From positions 45,712 to 109,711 of the forward strand of contig CAVVCR010000002.1 in NCBI GenBank assembly GCA_963746795.1: a stretch of DNA of 64,000 nucleotides, in the 5' to 3' direction. The position numbers were made by a program, and so were the translations under genes. Under the pieces are notes generated by a model, which was not told where the DNA came from, ran no database searches, and was given only the letters and a program-made list of their open reading frames with translations. Shown here one piece after another: positions 1-8,864 of this stretch (the stretch's first letter is position 1; every line of letters starts with the position of its first letter). Source of the stretch: an uncultured Solirubrobacteraceae bacterium (GTDB lineage Bacteria > Actinomycetota > Thermoleophilia > Solirubrobacterales > Solirubrobacteraceae).

Positions 1-382
1 GCTCGAGCGTCGCGGCGGTCGGGCGGCGGCCGCCGGGCTTGAGCTCTCCCGCGGCGTCGACGAGCGCGTCGACGGCGGCCCGCTCGGCGGCTCCCGCGTC
101 GCGCAGCGCAGCCGCGCCCTTGCCGGCGACGGCGGCGTCCTGCGCCTTGCGCAGGCGCTCGCCGGTCGCGAGCAGGTCGTCGATCAGCCCGCGCTGCTCG
201 CGCGCCAGCGCGTTGGCGGCCCACGCCGCCTGCGAGGGCTTCGGCAGCTTCGCGACCGCGGCGGCCGCGTCCCGGTCCTTGGCCTTGCGGAGCTCGCGGG
301 CCGCCGCGTCCCGCTCGCGCGTGAACTCCTCCAGCGGCAGACCGTAGAGCCGGCCCGCGATGTCGTCGACCGGCTCAGCCAC
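1..382 (-). CDS. hypothetical protein (N-terminal part; the gene runs off the window edge)
   Basis: The minus-strand frame stays open to position 1. A GTG at 382-380 lies 5 nt upstream of the asparaginase stop codon. The translation is VAEPVDDIAGRLYGLPLEEFTRERDAAARELRKAKDRDAAAAVAKLPKPSQAAW..., with coding-like rather than shadow-like composition. It is absent from the ORF track because it leaves the window. No family was recognised. Confidence 0.45.
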   Translation of the reverse strand, partial: MAEPVDDIAGRLYGLPLEEFTRERDAAARELRKAKDRDAAAAVAKLPKPSQAAWAANALAREQRGLIDDLLATGERLRKAQDAAVAGKGAAALRDAGAAERAAVDALVDAAGELKPGGRRPTAATLE

Positions 383-1295
383 CCTCGTCGGGCCCGTGGG
401 CCGTGACCACCGGCCCGTCGCCCACCCGCCACGCGCGCGTCATGGCAGCCGAACTGAAGGTCGCGCAGACGTCGCCTTGGGCGCTGACCGCGATCAGGCC
501 GCCGTCCTCGCCCCAGCGGCCGAGCCCCTCGATCGCCAGCGCACACGCCTCCTCGAGCCCGAGACCGCGATGGCGCAGCAGCGCGTCGACCTCGTGGGCG
601 AGCGCCGACCGGATGATCGACTCCCCGTGGCCCGTGCAGGAGACGGCGACGGTCTCGTCGTCGGCCCACGTGCCCGCGCCGACGAGCGGGGAGTCGCCGA
701 CGCGGCCCAGGCGCTGGCCGGAGACGCCGCCGGTCGAGGTCGCGGCCGCCAGGCGGCCGTTGACATCGCGTGCGACGGCACCCACCGTGCCGCGAGCGCC
801 CGCCGTCCCCGCCGCGGTCAGGGCCAGGCGCTCGCGCTCGGTCACGAACCACGTCTCGGACTCGAACTGGAGCCCCGCCGTGGCCGCGAACTCGGTCGCG
901 GGCGCGCCGACGAGCAGTACGTGGCGCCCCTCCTCGAGGACCGCGCGGGCCGCCCGGATCGGGTTGCGCACGCCGCGGACCGCCGCCACGGCTCCCGCCC
1001 GGCGCGTCGTGCCGTCCATCATCGAGGCATCGAGCTCCACGCGGCCGTACTCGGTGAGCGCCGCCCCGCGCCCGGCGTTGAACTCCGGGTCGTCCTCGAG
1101 CACGACGACGGCGGCCTCGACCGCCTCGGCGGCCGCGCCGCCGGCGGCGAGCACGGCATGGCCCGCGGCGACTGCGGCCGCCGCGCCGGCGCGCATGAGC
1201 TCGAGCCGCTCCGGGTCGCGCGTCAGCGCCCCTGCACCGCCGTGCACGACGATCGCGATGTCGTCCATCGCGTCGGCAGAGTAATGACCCCCCAC
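375..1295 (-). CDS. isoaspartyl peptidase / L-asparaginase (Ntn-hydrolase family)
   Basis: 306-aa ORF. It has VVHGGAG near the N-terminus, GRGA, and the autoprocessing region GTVGAVARD...AAATSTGG typical of plant-type asparaginase/IaaA. Confidence 0.85.
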   Translation of the reverse strand: MGGHYSADAMDDIAIVVHGGAGALTRDPERLELMRAGAAAAVAAGHAVLAAGGAAAEAVEAAVVVLEDDPEFNAGRGAALTEYGRVELDASMMDGTTRRAGAVAAVRGVRNPIRAARAVLEEGRHVLLVGAPATEFAATAGLQFESETWFVTERERLALTAAGTAGARGTVGAVARDVNGRLAAATSTGGVSGQRLGRVGDSPLVGAGTWADDETVAVSCTGHGESIIRSALAHEVDALLRHRGLGLEEACALAIEGLGRWGEDGGLIAVSAQGDVCATFSSAAMTRAWRVGDGPVVTAHGPDEGG

Positions 1296-1333
1296 GTCGC
1301 GTGCCGCGTGCGCCTGGGCGAGTGGTGGGTGAG

Positions 1334-2770
1334 TCAGGCGACCGTGCTGATGATCAGGACGAGCGAGACGAGCAGGGCGGCCACGAAGAAGATGGCGCCG
1401 GCGCGCACGAGCCAGATCCCCGCGGGCGAGGAATGCGACTCAGGGACGCGGTGGGCCGCAGCGGCGCGCGCGGCCTCCGCCCGATGCTGGGCGGCGGCGC
1501 GGCCGACCTCGGTTCGACGGGCGGCCGCGAGCCGGCCGGCCGGGGTCGCCGCCACCGGCGTGTCGCCGGTGATGCCATTGGCCGCGGCCGTGGACGCCTC
1601 GCGCCGGTGCTGCGACGTCTCGGCCTGCACGGCGTCGAGCTCGCGGCGGAGGTGCCGCGCGGCCGCGCGCTCGTGCTCGAGCTCGCGGGCGATCCGCTCG
1701 TACATCCGCTTGGCGGCCGCCTCCGCCTCGCCGCCGTCGCCGCCGTTGAGCTGTGCGGGGCGGGCGGCGAGCTCCTCGCGCAGCCGCGCCGTCTCCTCTC
1801 GTTCGCTGATCAGCGTCTGCTCGGTCTGGTCGCGCTCGGCCTGCAGCTCCGCCCGCAGGCGCTCGGTCTCCTGCGCCTCGGCCTCGATCGCCCGCTGCGC
1901 CTCCTCGCGCGCGGTGGCCAGGCTCTCGCGCACCTCGGTCGAGCCGGCGCGCTCGGCCGTCAGCCGCTGCTCGACCTCCTCGCGGGTGGTCGCCGCCTCC
2001 TCGCGCGCAGCCGCGGCCTCCTCCTGCGCGGCCGCCAGATCCGTCCGCAGCCGATCGACCTCTCCGGCCAGTGCGTCGCGCTCCGCCGTCGCGGCGTCGA
2101 GCGCCGTGCGGGCGTCGCCCAGCTCGGCCACGAGGTCGTCGCGCCCGCGCTCGGCGTCGGCGACGCGCTGGTAGAGGTCGGCCTGCTCGGCGTCGAGCCG
2201 CTCGTGCTCGGCACGGAGCGGCTCCAGCTCCTCCCCGAGGCGCTTGACCTCGGCGTGCAGCTCCCGCTCGGCGGTGCGCCGGTCCTCGCGCTCGGACTCG
2301 TCCCCGGCGATCCTGGCACGCAGGGCCACGAGCTCGACGTCGCGCGCGGCGAGCTCCTCGCGCAGCGCCTCGAGCTCCGCCCGGGGCACGAGCTCGACGT
2401 CGCGCGCCGCGGGCTCGCTGCTCACCGGCCGCTCGGCGCGCGTCTCGGGAGCCGGCTGGGCCCGCCGGCGGCGCGGGCGCGGCAGTTCGGCGACGAGCCG
2501 GCGGCCGACCTCGAGCTCGGCACCGGTCACGGCCTCGGGATCGCCGTCGTAGGCGAACGCCGCCCGCCACTCGCCGGTGCTCGACGGCGTGAACTGGCCG
2601 CCGGGGAGTGCGGTGACGCGGCGGCGCAGGTCGCCGGCCTCGACGGTGAGGACCGGCCGGCCCAGCCGCTTGCCCTCGAGCCCGCTCCAGCGTCCCACGA
2701 CCTCGAGCCGGCCGGGTGCGGTGAAGCTGAAGCGCTCGAGCTCGAAGCCGACTTCGCGCACGCCGGTCAT
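1334..2770 (-). CDS. tail-anchored coiled-coil protein (about 100-aa N-terminal beta-rich domain, long coiled coil, C-terminal TM)
   Basis: This is the distal 478 codons of the 922-aa track ORF. The ATG at 2770 overlaps the upstream stop (ATGA). About 330 aa are E/R/A/L-rich and heptad-like. The last 20 aa, IFFVAALLVSLVLIISTVA, are hydrophobic. The N-terminal domain is clearly paralogous to 8865-10244. Confidence 0.7.
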   Translation of the reverse strand: MTGVREVGFELERFSFTAPGRLEVVGRWSGLEGKRLGRPVLTVEAGDLRRRVTALPGGQFTPSSTGEWRAAFAYDGDPEAVTGAELEVGRRLVAELPRPRRRRAQPAPETRAERPVSSEPAARDVELVPRAELEALREELAARDVELVALRARIAGDESEREDRRTAERELHAEVKRLGEELEPLRAEHERLDAEQADLYQRVADAERGRDDLVAELGDARTALDAATAERDALAGEVDRLRTDLAAAQEEAAAAREEAATTREEVEQRLTAERAGSTEVRESLATAREEAQRAIEAEAQETERLRAELQAERDQTEQTLISEREETARLREELAARPAQLNGGDGGEAEAAAKRMYERIARELEHERAAARHLRRELDAVQAETSQHRREASTAAANGITGDTPVAATPAGRLAAARRTEVGRAAAQHRAEAARAAAAHRVPESHSSPAGIWLVRAGAIFFVAALLVSLVLIISTVA

Positions 2771-3261
2771 CGCTCCTCCTTGCCCTCCTTGTCGGGCTTG
2801 GTCACCGCCACCGTGTCCGTCGTGTCCTGCCGGTGATCGACCACCGGGACGCGCTCGCGCACGTCGCGGTCCTCGACCGAGAAGGCGAAGCTGATCCGCC
2901 CGAACGTCAGGAGCGATCCCGTGCACATCACGAACACCGACCCGAACGCGAACCACGCTCCGGCGCCCAGATCCTGGTCGGTCGCGATCGGCGGGGGGTT
3001 GATGACCTGGGAGAGCACGAGCACCGTGGCGCCCACGGTCACCGGCGGCAGCCACCGGCGCTCGAGGTACCCCAGGTCGGGCAGCAGCAGGCCCGCCGCG
3101 ACGACGAGCGCCACGATCGCGAGCACGGCCAGGAGCACCTCGACGACCTCGAACGCCTCCCAGGCCGTGAGCGTGCCGTACCACTCCAGAAACAGGCTCA
3201 CGAGCAGCACAGCCGCCCCGAGGGCGACGAGCAGCGGCCCGACTTCGAATCTGCGCGTCAT
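2767..3261 (-). CDS. small integral membrane protein (about 4 TM) with a charged C-terminal tail
   Basis: 164-aa ORF with four hydrophobic segments. Its stop overlaps the start of the downstream coiled-coil gene (ATGA). Confidence 0.65.
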   Translation of the reverse strand: MTRRFEVGPLLVALGAAVLLVSLFLEWYGTLTAWEAFEVVEVLLAVLAIVALVVAAGLLLPDLGYLERRWLPPVTVGATVLVLSQVINPPPIATDQDLGAGAWFAFGSVFVMCTGSLLTFGRISFAFSVEDRDVRERVPVVDHRQDTTDTVAVTKPDKEGKEER

Positions 3262-3306
3262 GCGGACAGGATCGCAAGCCCCGCCGTCGGATCGCCCCGC
3301 CCCCGC

Positions 3307-4431
3307 TCAGCGAGCGATGGTCTCGAGCGGGTCGCTGCGCTGCCGCAGGGCGTTGTACGCCGACGCGCGGACCACTACCTCCCCCTCGACCCCGGGCTCG
3401 AGCACCACGTCCACGGTGCCCTCGGTGCCCTCCAGCTTCTCCGGGCTCTCGATGAGCAGCTCGCGCTCTTGACCCGGCTCGTGCACGGTGACCAGCAGGT
3501 AGGTGGCACGCCGCCGGAGCGCCGGGTCGGTCCTGTAGTCGACGAGCACGCGGTCGCCCTCCCGCCGCGCGTCGATCGAGAGCAGCTTGGGGTAGGTCGC
3601 GGTACCCGCGGCCTTGACGATCCGGCTCCCGACGCCGAGCGGCCTGCGCGCGCGGGCCTTCAGATGCCAGGCGCCCGGGTGGTCCCACTTCGCGCCCTGC
3701 CGGCCGGGGCTCTCCGGGCTGCGGCCACCGAACTTGCCGCCGAACCGGCCGCCGGCGACGCCCGTCGAGTTGCCCCACCGCCCGGTCCAGCGGTCCCATG
3801 CGCCGAACGGCTCGACGCGGGGGAGCACCGGAGGCAGCGAGTCGTCCGGGTTGTCGACCCCGATCACGTACGGGTGGGCGCCCGGCTCGAAGTAGCACGC
3901 GTGCGAGAGCGGCGCCACGAACACGATCGGGTGATCGCCCTGGCGCCGGACGTCCTCCCAGGCGCGCGCCTCCCCGCTCGTATGCTGGGAGAACGTCGCC
4001 ACCTCGGGCGCGCCGCCCTCCCCCAGGCCGACCTGCACGACCTCCCAGTCGCCCTCGTGCCGGCCCAGACCCAGCAGGTGCTTGGGGTTGTAGTACGACC
4101 ACATCCAGTACTGCAGCCAGACACGCCCGCCGTCCTCCTTCACGCGGCCGTAGACGCGCTCGCGATACGCGGCGTCGCCCTGGAAGCGGCGGGTGGCGGC
4201 GAGCGGGTCGCCGACCTCGTCGAGCCTGTCGCCGTCCTCGACGGCGTAGGTGCTGAGCAGCGCGAGCGAGAGCCCCGCCCCGGCCCGCGCGACGATCGCG
4301 CCGCCGCGGCGCTTGAGCAGGTTCTCCCCGTAGTCGGTGATCGAGGCCGCCGACATCGCCCGGTAGGCCTCCTGCGGGTCGTAGACCACGGCCGGGCGGT
4401 GCTTCTCGAGCCGCGGGTCGAGCGGGCTCAT
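3307..4431 (-). CDS. Vps62/DUF946-like domain protein with a C-terminal beta-rich domain
   Basis: 374 aa starting at MSPLDPRLEKH (ATG 4431, ATGA overlap with the GntR stop). The motif block WLQYWMWSYYNPK...GRHEGDWEVVQV...HACYFEPG resembles the YW.FY.YN / H.GDWE signature that I recall for the Vps62 (PF06101) family. No signal peptide. Confidence 0.55.
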   Translation of the reverse strand: MSPLDPRLEKHRPAVVYDPQEAYRAMSAASITDYGENLLKRRGGAIVARAGAGLSLALLSTYAVEDGDRLDEVGDPLAATRRFQGDAAYRERVYGRVKEDGGRVWLQYWMWSYYNPKHLLGLGRHEGDWEVVQVGLGEGGAPEVATFSQHTSGEARAWEDVRRQGDHPIVFVAPLSHACYFEPGAHPYVIGVDNPDDSLPPVLPRVEPFGAWDRWTGRWGNSTGVAGGRFGGKFGGRSPESPGRQGAKWDHPGAWHLKARARRPLGVGSRIVKAAGTATYPKLLSIDARREGDRVLVDYRTDPALRRRATYLLVTVHEPGQERELLIESPEKLEGTEGTVDVVLEPGVEGEVVVRASAYNALRQRSDPLETIAR

Positions 4432-5042
4432 GCGCCCGCCAGCGTCTCGGACGAGCGCCGCAGGTGCTCGCGCAGCACGGCGGGGCCCTCGAGCTCGAGG
4501 CCGAGGACGAGCGCGGCGTGCTCCTCGGCGAGCTCCCGGGGCTCGACGTGCGGGCGCAGCGCGAGCAGGAAGAGCTGCATCTCGCCGTTCAGGGCCGCGT
4601 GGGCGGCGGCGATGCGTGGGCTCCCGGCGGCGGCCACGATCGCTGCGTGGAGCCCCGCGTGGGCCTCGTTGACCTCGCTCCAGGCCGGATCCGGACCGCG
4701 ACATGCGGCCTGCAGCCGCGCGAGCGCTTCGTCCACCTCGGCGGGCAGCCGTCCGCCCCCGCGCTCGAGTGCGAGATGGGCGGCCTCGAGCTCGAGCGCG
4801 ACCCGCAGCTCGTACAGCCACTGGAGCTCCTCGCCGCTGAGCTCGGCGACGTGCGCGCCGCGATGCGGCTCGATCCGCACCAGCCCCTCGGCCGCCAGCT
4901 GCCGCAGCGCGGCGCGCAGCGAATGGCGGGCGACGCCGTAGGCGTCGCACAGCTCGCGCTCGCGCAGCCAGGCGCCGGGCGCCAGCTCGCCGTCGAGGAT
5001 CTGGCGGCGGAGGGCGCCCGCCAGCGCGTCGACCGTCGACAT
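4428..5042 (-). CDS. GntR family transcriptional regulator (FadR/FCD-type C-terminal domain)
   Basis: 204 aa starting at MSTVDALAGALRRQILDGEL. It has a winged-HTH region (ERELCDAYGVARHSLRAALRQLAAEGLV) followed by an all-helical FCD-like domain. Confidence 0.85.
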   Translation of the reverse strand: MSTVDALAGALRRQILDGELAPGAWLRERELCDAYGVARHSLRAALRQLAAEGLVRIEPHRGAHVAELSGEELQWLYELRVALELEAAHLALERGGGRLPAEVDEALARLQAACRGPDPAWSEVNEAHAGLHAAIVAAAGSPRIAAAHAALNGEMQLFLLALRPHVEPRELAEEHAALVLGLELEGPAVLREHLRRSSETLAGA

Positions 5043-5079
5043 GCGCTGGAGCGGACGGGCCGTGGTCTTCACGCAGTGA

Positions 5080-5970
5080 TCATGCCGTGGCCGGCCGCGA
5101 CGATGCAAGCGGAGGGAGCCGCGGCACGGCGAGCGCGAGCAGACCCGCGAGCACGCAGGCGCCACCGGCGGCGGACAGGCCGGTGACCGGCTCGGCGAGC
5201 ACGACCGCGCCGAGCACGCCGGCGGTCAACGGCTCGGCGAGCGTGAGCGTCGCCGTCTCCGACGCGCTCAGCCGGCGCAGGCCGCGTGCGAACAGGACGT
5301 ACGCGAGCGCGGTCGGGATCACGCCGAGGAAGAGCGCGAGCCCGACGCCGTCGGCATGCAGGAGCCAGGCAGGCTCGCTGGCGGCCAGTGCGGGGAGCAG
5401 CACGAGGGCACCGAGCCCGAAGGCGGCCGCCATCACGGTCTCGGGCGAGTGGCCCGCCTGCAGCAGCCGCTTGGCCGAGAGCGTGTAGGCGGCGTACGCC
5501 CCGCCTGCGGTGACGGCCATGGCGACGCCGGGCAGCGAGACGCTGGCCTCGCCGCCCGCCACGGCGAGCAGCACGACGCCGGCGCACGCGAGCGCCGTGG
5601 CGACTGTCCAGCGGGCCGAGGGCGCGCGGCGGTCGAGGACCCATTCGAAGAGGCCGGCGAGCGTGGGCGCCGAGCCGAGCGCGACGATCGTCCCGACGGC
5701 CACGCCGGTGTCCGCCACGGCGGCGAAGAAGGCGAGCTGGTAGACGGCGACGCCGCCGACGGCGGTGATCACGGGGCCGCGCGCCCACGGCCGCGCGCGG
5801 AAGCCGCTCCCGCGGAGCAGCACCAGCGCGACGAGCAGCGTGCCGCCGACGAGGATCCGCGCGGCGCCCACGCCGACGGGGCTTGTGCCGTGAGGGCCGA
5901 GCGCCTGCGCCGTGCCGGTGGTGGCGAAACACAGGGCGGCGAGCAGGACCTGAGCGCGTGCAATTGCCAT
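5080..5970 (-). CDS. EamA/DMT family transporter
   Basis: 296 aa starting at MAIARAQVLLAAL. About ten hydrophobic helices are arranged as two EamA-like halves. It lies 37 bp upstream of the GntR gene on the same strand. Confidence 0.8.
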   Translation of the reverse strand: MAIARAQVLLAALCFATTGTAQALGPHGTSPVGVGAARILVGGTLLVALVLLRGSGFRARPWARGPVITAVGGVAVYQLAFFAAVADTGVAVGTIVALGSAPTLAGLFEWVLDRRAPSARWTVATALACAGVVLLAVAGGEASVSLPGVAMAVTAGGAYAAYTLSAKRLLQAGHSPETVMAAAFGLGALVLLPALAASEPAWLLHADGVGLALFLGVIPTALAYVLFARGLRRLSASETATLTLAEPLTAGVLGAVVLAEPVTGLSAAGGACVLAGLLALAVPRLPPLASSRPATA

Positions 5971-5977
5971 GTGTGAG

Positions 5978-5990
5978 ATTGTTCCACAAT
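5978..5990. promoter_or_regulatory. candidate GntR-type operator palindrome ATTGT-tcc-ACAAT
   Basis: A perfect 5+5 inverted repeat with a GT-N-AC core lies 8 nt upstream of the EamA start codon. It sits in the only AT-richer stretch of the 5971-6086 divergent intergenic region. Confidence 0.3.
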
Positions 5991-6086
5991 TCCACCAAGA
6001 CTGCCAACCCCTCGCGCTCACCACGCGGGCGCGCCGGCCCGACATCACGGCCCGCGCGCGGTTCTCGCTCGTCAGACTGCCGCGAC

Positions 6087-6857
6087 ATGGATCTCGGGCT
6101 CGGCGACGCCGGCGTGTTGGTCACGGGCGGCTCGGGTGGCATCGGAGCAGCCACCGCGCGCCTGCTCGCGGCCGAGGGAGCGCGCGTCGGCATCCACTAC
6201 CACTCGAACCAAGGCGCGGCCGACGCGCTGGCCGGCGAGATCGGTGGCGTCGCGCTGCGTGCCGACCTGCGCGAGGAGGCCGAGGCCGACGCGCTCGTCC
6301 CGGCCGCGGTCGACGCGCTGGGGCGGCTCGACGCATGCGTGGCCTGCGCAGGCGTGTGGCCGTCCGAGGACGTGCCCGTCTCCCGCATGCCGCTCGAGCG
6401 CTGGCGCGCGACGCTCGACGCGAACCTGACCGCCACGTTCCTCACGGCCCGCGCATACGGGCGCCACGTCGCCGGCACCGGCGCCGGCTCGCTCGTGCTC
6501 GTCGCGTCGACGGCGGGCGAGTTCGGCGAGGCGGGGCACGCGGACTACGCCGCCGCGAAGTCGGCGATCGCGCACGGGCTGGCCCTCTCGCTCAAGAACG
6601 AGGTCGTGCGAGAGGCGCCGCTGGCGCGCGTGAACGTCGTCGCGCCGGGCTGGACGGTGTCGCCGATGACGGCCGAGGCGCTGACCGACGACGCGGTGGC
6701 CGCGGTGACCGCGACGATGGCGCTGCGCAAGGTCGCGTCCACCGACGATGTCGCGCGCACGATCGCGTTCCTGTGCTCGCCGCTCGCGTCCGGGCACGTG
6801 AGCGGTCAGGTGGTGACGGTGGCCGGCGGGATGGAGGGCCGCGTGCTCCACCCGTGA
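6087..6857 (+). CDS. SDR family oxidoreductase
   Basis: 256 aa starting at MDLGLGDAGVLVTGGSGGIGAATA (TGxxxGIG). The catalytic motif is YAAAKSA (YxxxK). Confidence 0.85.
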   Translation: MDLGLGDAGVLVTGGSGGIGAATARLLAAEGARVGIHYHSNQGAADALAGEIGGVALRADLREEAEADALVPAAVDALGRLDACVACAGVWPSEDVPVSRMPLERWRATLDANLTATFLTARAYGRHVAGTGAGSLVLVASTAGEFGEAGHADYAAAKSAIAHGLALSLKNEVVREAPLARVNVVAPGWTVSPMTAEALTDDAVAAVTATMALRKVASTDDVARTIAFLCSPLASGHVSGQVVTVAGGMEGRVLHP

Positions 6858-6870
6858 GACGATCCGTCGG

Positions 6871-8382
6871 GTGCTGCTCCGGGACCTCGTCGACGCCTCG
6901 GCCGCGGTGCGCGCGACGGCAGGCCGCAACGCGAAGGTGGAGACGCTGGCCGGCGTGCTGCGCGGAGCCACGCCGGCCGAGACGCCGGCGGCGGTCGCGT
7001 GGCTGTCGGGTGAGCTGACCCAGCGGCAGATCGGCGTCGGCTGGGCTGCGCTGCGCGATCTGCCGGCCCCGGCGGCCGAGCCGACGCTGGAGGTCGCCGG
7101 CGTGGAGGACGCGTTCACCCGGATCGGCGCGCTGGCCGGGCCGGGCTCGCAGACTGGCCGCCGGGAGGCAGTGCGCGACCTGCTCTCCCGCGCCACCGAG
7201 TCCGAGCAGCGGTTCCTCGTGGCGCTGCTGCTCGGCGACCTCGGGCAGGGCGCGCTTGCCGGCGTGATGACAGATGCCGTATCGAAGGCGGCCGGCGTGC
7301 CGCGCGCCGACGTGCGGCGCGCGCTGATGCTGCGCGGCGACCTCGGGGCGGTGGCGACGGTGGCGCTCGCCGACGGGCAGGCCGGCCTCGGCCGGATCGC
7401 GCTCGAGCCGCTGCGGCCCGTCCAGCCGATGCTCGCGGCGCCCGGCGACGACCTCGACGCGGCGCTCGCGCGGATCAGCCCGGCGGCAGTGGAGTTCAAG
7501 CTCGACGGCGTGCGCGTGCAGGTGCACCGCCGCGGCGACGAGGTGCGCGTCTTCTCCCGCACGCTCGACGACGTCACCGCGCGGGTGCCGGAGGTCGTGC
7601 GCGCGGCGCTCGCCCTGCCGGCGGACACGCTGGTGCTCGACGGCGAGGCGATCGCGATGCGCGCGGACGGGCGCCCCGAGCCGTTCCAGGTGACGGCGAG
7701 CCGGTTCGGCACCCGCCGCCCGGCCGGCGCGGCGCCGCTCACCGCACTCTTCTTCGACGTGCTGCACGCGGACGGCGAGGACCTGATCGACCGGCCCGGG
7801 TCCGAGCGCTTCGCCGCGCTCGCCGAGCTGGTTCCCGAGCCGGGCCGGATCCCCCGCGTCGCGGCGCCCGACACGGCTTCCGCTCGGGTCGTGCTCGACG
7901 ACGCGCTCGCGCGCGGCCACGAGGGCGTGATCGTGAAGTCGCTCGAAGCGCCGTACGCCGCCGGCCGCCGCGGCGCCGGCTGGCTGAAGGTCAAGCCGCG
8001 CCACACGCTCGACCTCGTCGTGCTCGCCGCCGAGTGGGGTCACGGCCGCCGCCGCGGATGGCTCAGCAACCTCCACCTCGGCGCGCGCGAGCCCGGCGGC
8101 GGCCCCGGGCACGTGATGCTCGGCAAGACCTTCAAGGGCCTCACCGACCGCATGCTCGAATGGCAGACCTCGCGGCTGCTCGAGCTGGAGGTCGCGCGCG
8201 AGGGCCACGTCGTGCACGTGCGCCCCGAGCTGGTCGTCGAGGTCGCGTTCGACGGGATCCAGGCCAGCTCGCGCTACCCGGGTGGCGTCGCCCTGCGCTT
8301 CGCCCGCGTGCTCCGCCACCGCCCGGACAAGCCCGCGGCGGAGGCCGACACGCTCGACGCGGTGCTCGCCGTCCGGGGGTAG
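6871..8382 (+). CDS. ATP-dependent DNA ligase
   Basis: 503-aa ORF with a GTG start. It has adenylation motif I (EFKLDGVRVQVH), then FFDVLH, GVIVKS and WLKVK, followed by an OB-fold tail. Confidence 0.9.
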   Translation: MLLRDLVDASAAVRATAGRNAKVETLAGVLRGATPAETPAAVAWLSGELTQRQIGVGWAALRDLPAPAAEPTLEVAGVEDAFTRIGALAGPGSQTGRREAVRDLLSRATESEQRFLVALLLGDLGQGALAGVMTDAVSKAAGVPRADVRRALMLRGDLGAVATVALADGQAGLGRIALEPLRPVQPMLAAPGDDLDAALARISPAAVEFKLDGVRVQVHRRGDEVRVFSRTLDDVTARVPEVVRAALALPADTLVLDGEAIAMRADGRPEPFQVTASRFGTRRPAGAAPLTALFFDVLHADGEDLIDRPGSERFAALAELVPEPGRIPRVAAPDTASARVVLDDALARGHEGVIVKSLEAPYAAGRRGAGWLKVKPRHTLDLVVLAAEWGHGRRRGWLSNLHLGAREPGGGPGHVMLGKTFKGLTDRMLEWQTSRLLELEVAREGHVVHVRPELVVEVAFDGIQASSRYPGGVALRFARVLRHRPDKPAAEADTLDAVLAVRG

Positions 8383-8392
8383 ACTCCGGCCG

Positions 8393-8551
8393 ATGCTGAT
8401 GGCGCTCAGCGAGGCCTGGATCTTCTCGATCGGCCTGATCGCGATCTTCGGCGTGCTCTTCCCCGCGCTGCTGACCGGCCTGATCCTGTTCGCCGTGGCG
8501 CAGGCGCTCGGCGAGCGCGCGGAGAACGCGGCGCGTCGCCACAAGCGCTAG
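8393..8551 (+). CDS. small membrane protein (52 aa, 2 TM)
   Basis: An ATG lies 10 nt after the ligase stop. The translation is MLMALSEAWIFSIGLIAIFGVLFPALLTGLILFAVAQALGERAENAARRHKR. No homology was recognised. Confidence 0.4.
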   Translation: MLMALSEAWIFSIGLIAIFGVLFPALLTGLILFAVAQALGERAENAARRHKR

Positions 8552-8581
8552 GCGGGTTGACCGCGCCTCGTTGCCGCCCGC

Positions 8582-8859
8582 GGGCAACGTCAAAGTCAAC
8601 TGCGGCTGGGTGAGGAGGAGCCCGGCGGCGGGAGGGTGCACTAACCGGCCACGAGCGCCGCGAAACCGCGAGCGTGGCGCGTTATACACCGCCCGCGGCC
8701 TGTAAGTGCACACGCCCACATTCCAGAGCGAGACATTGTCCACTTATGCACCGCCACGGCACCTCACCGGCCACGCCCTCGCCGGAACGACCGCGCGCGT
8801 CCACCTCTGCACCGCGGACGGCATCCCAACCTCCCTACCCAGCGCAGTTGACGTTCGCC
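8582..8859. repeat. copy 1 of a dispersed element with about 31-nt terminal inverted repeats (consensus GGCGAACGTCAACTGCGGCTGGGTAGGGAGG)
   Basis: The left end is gggcaacgtcaaagtcaactgcggctgggtgaggagg. The reverse complement of the right end (8830-8859) is ggcgaacgtcaactgcgctgggtagggagg. Both match the left terminus of the element at 55484-55514. The core is less GC-rich and non-coding. Confidence 0.7.
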
Positions 8860-8864
8860 GGGAC

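Noticed and set aside
1334-4102. A 922-aa minus-strand ORF suggesting one giant protein.
   Set aside because: Only the distal 478 codons look coding, with a beta head, a coiled coil and a TM. The upstream part is R/G/P-rich shadow sequence. It overlaps two better-supported genes in other frames (2767-3261 and 3307-4431).
8569-8589. Hairpins after genes as intrinsic terminators. The examples are 8569-8589, 44289-44316 after the sulfatase gene and 45609-45634 after dnaG.
   Set aside because: The stems are real (6-9 bp), but none is followed by a T-rich tract. They were therefore not annotated as terminators. The first is part of the repeat-element edge.
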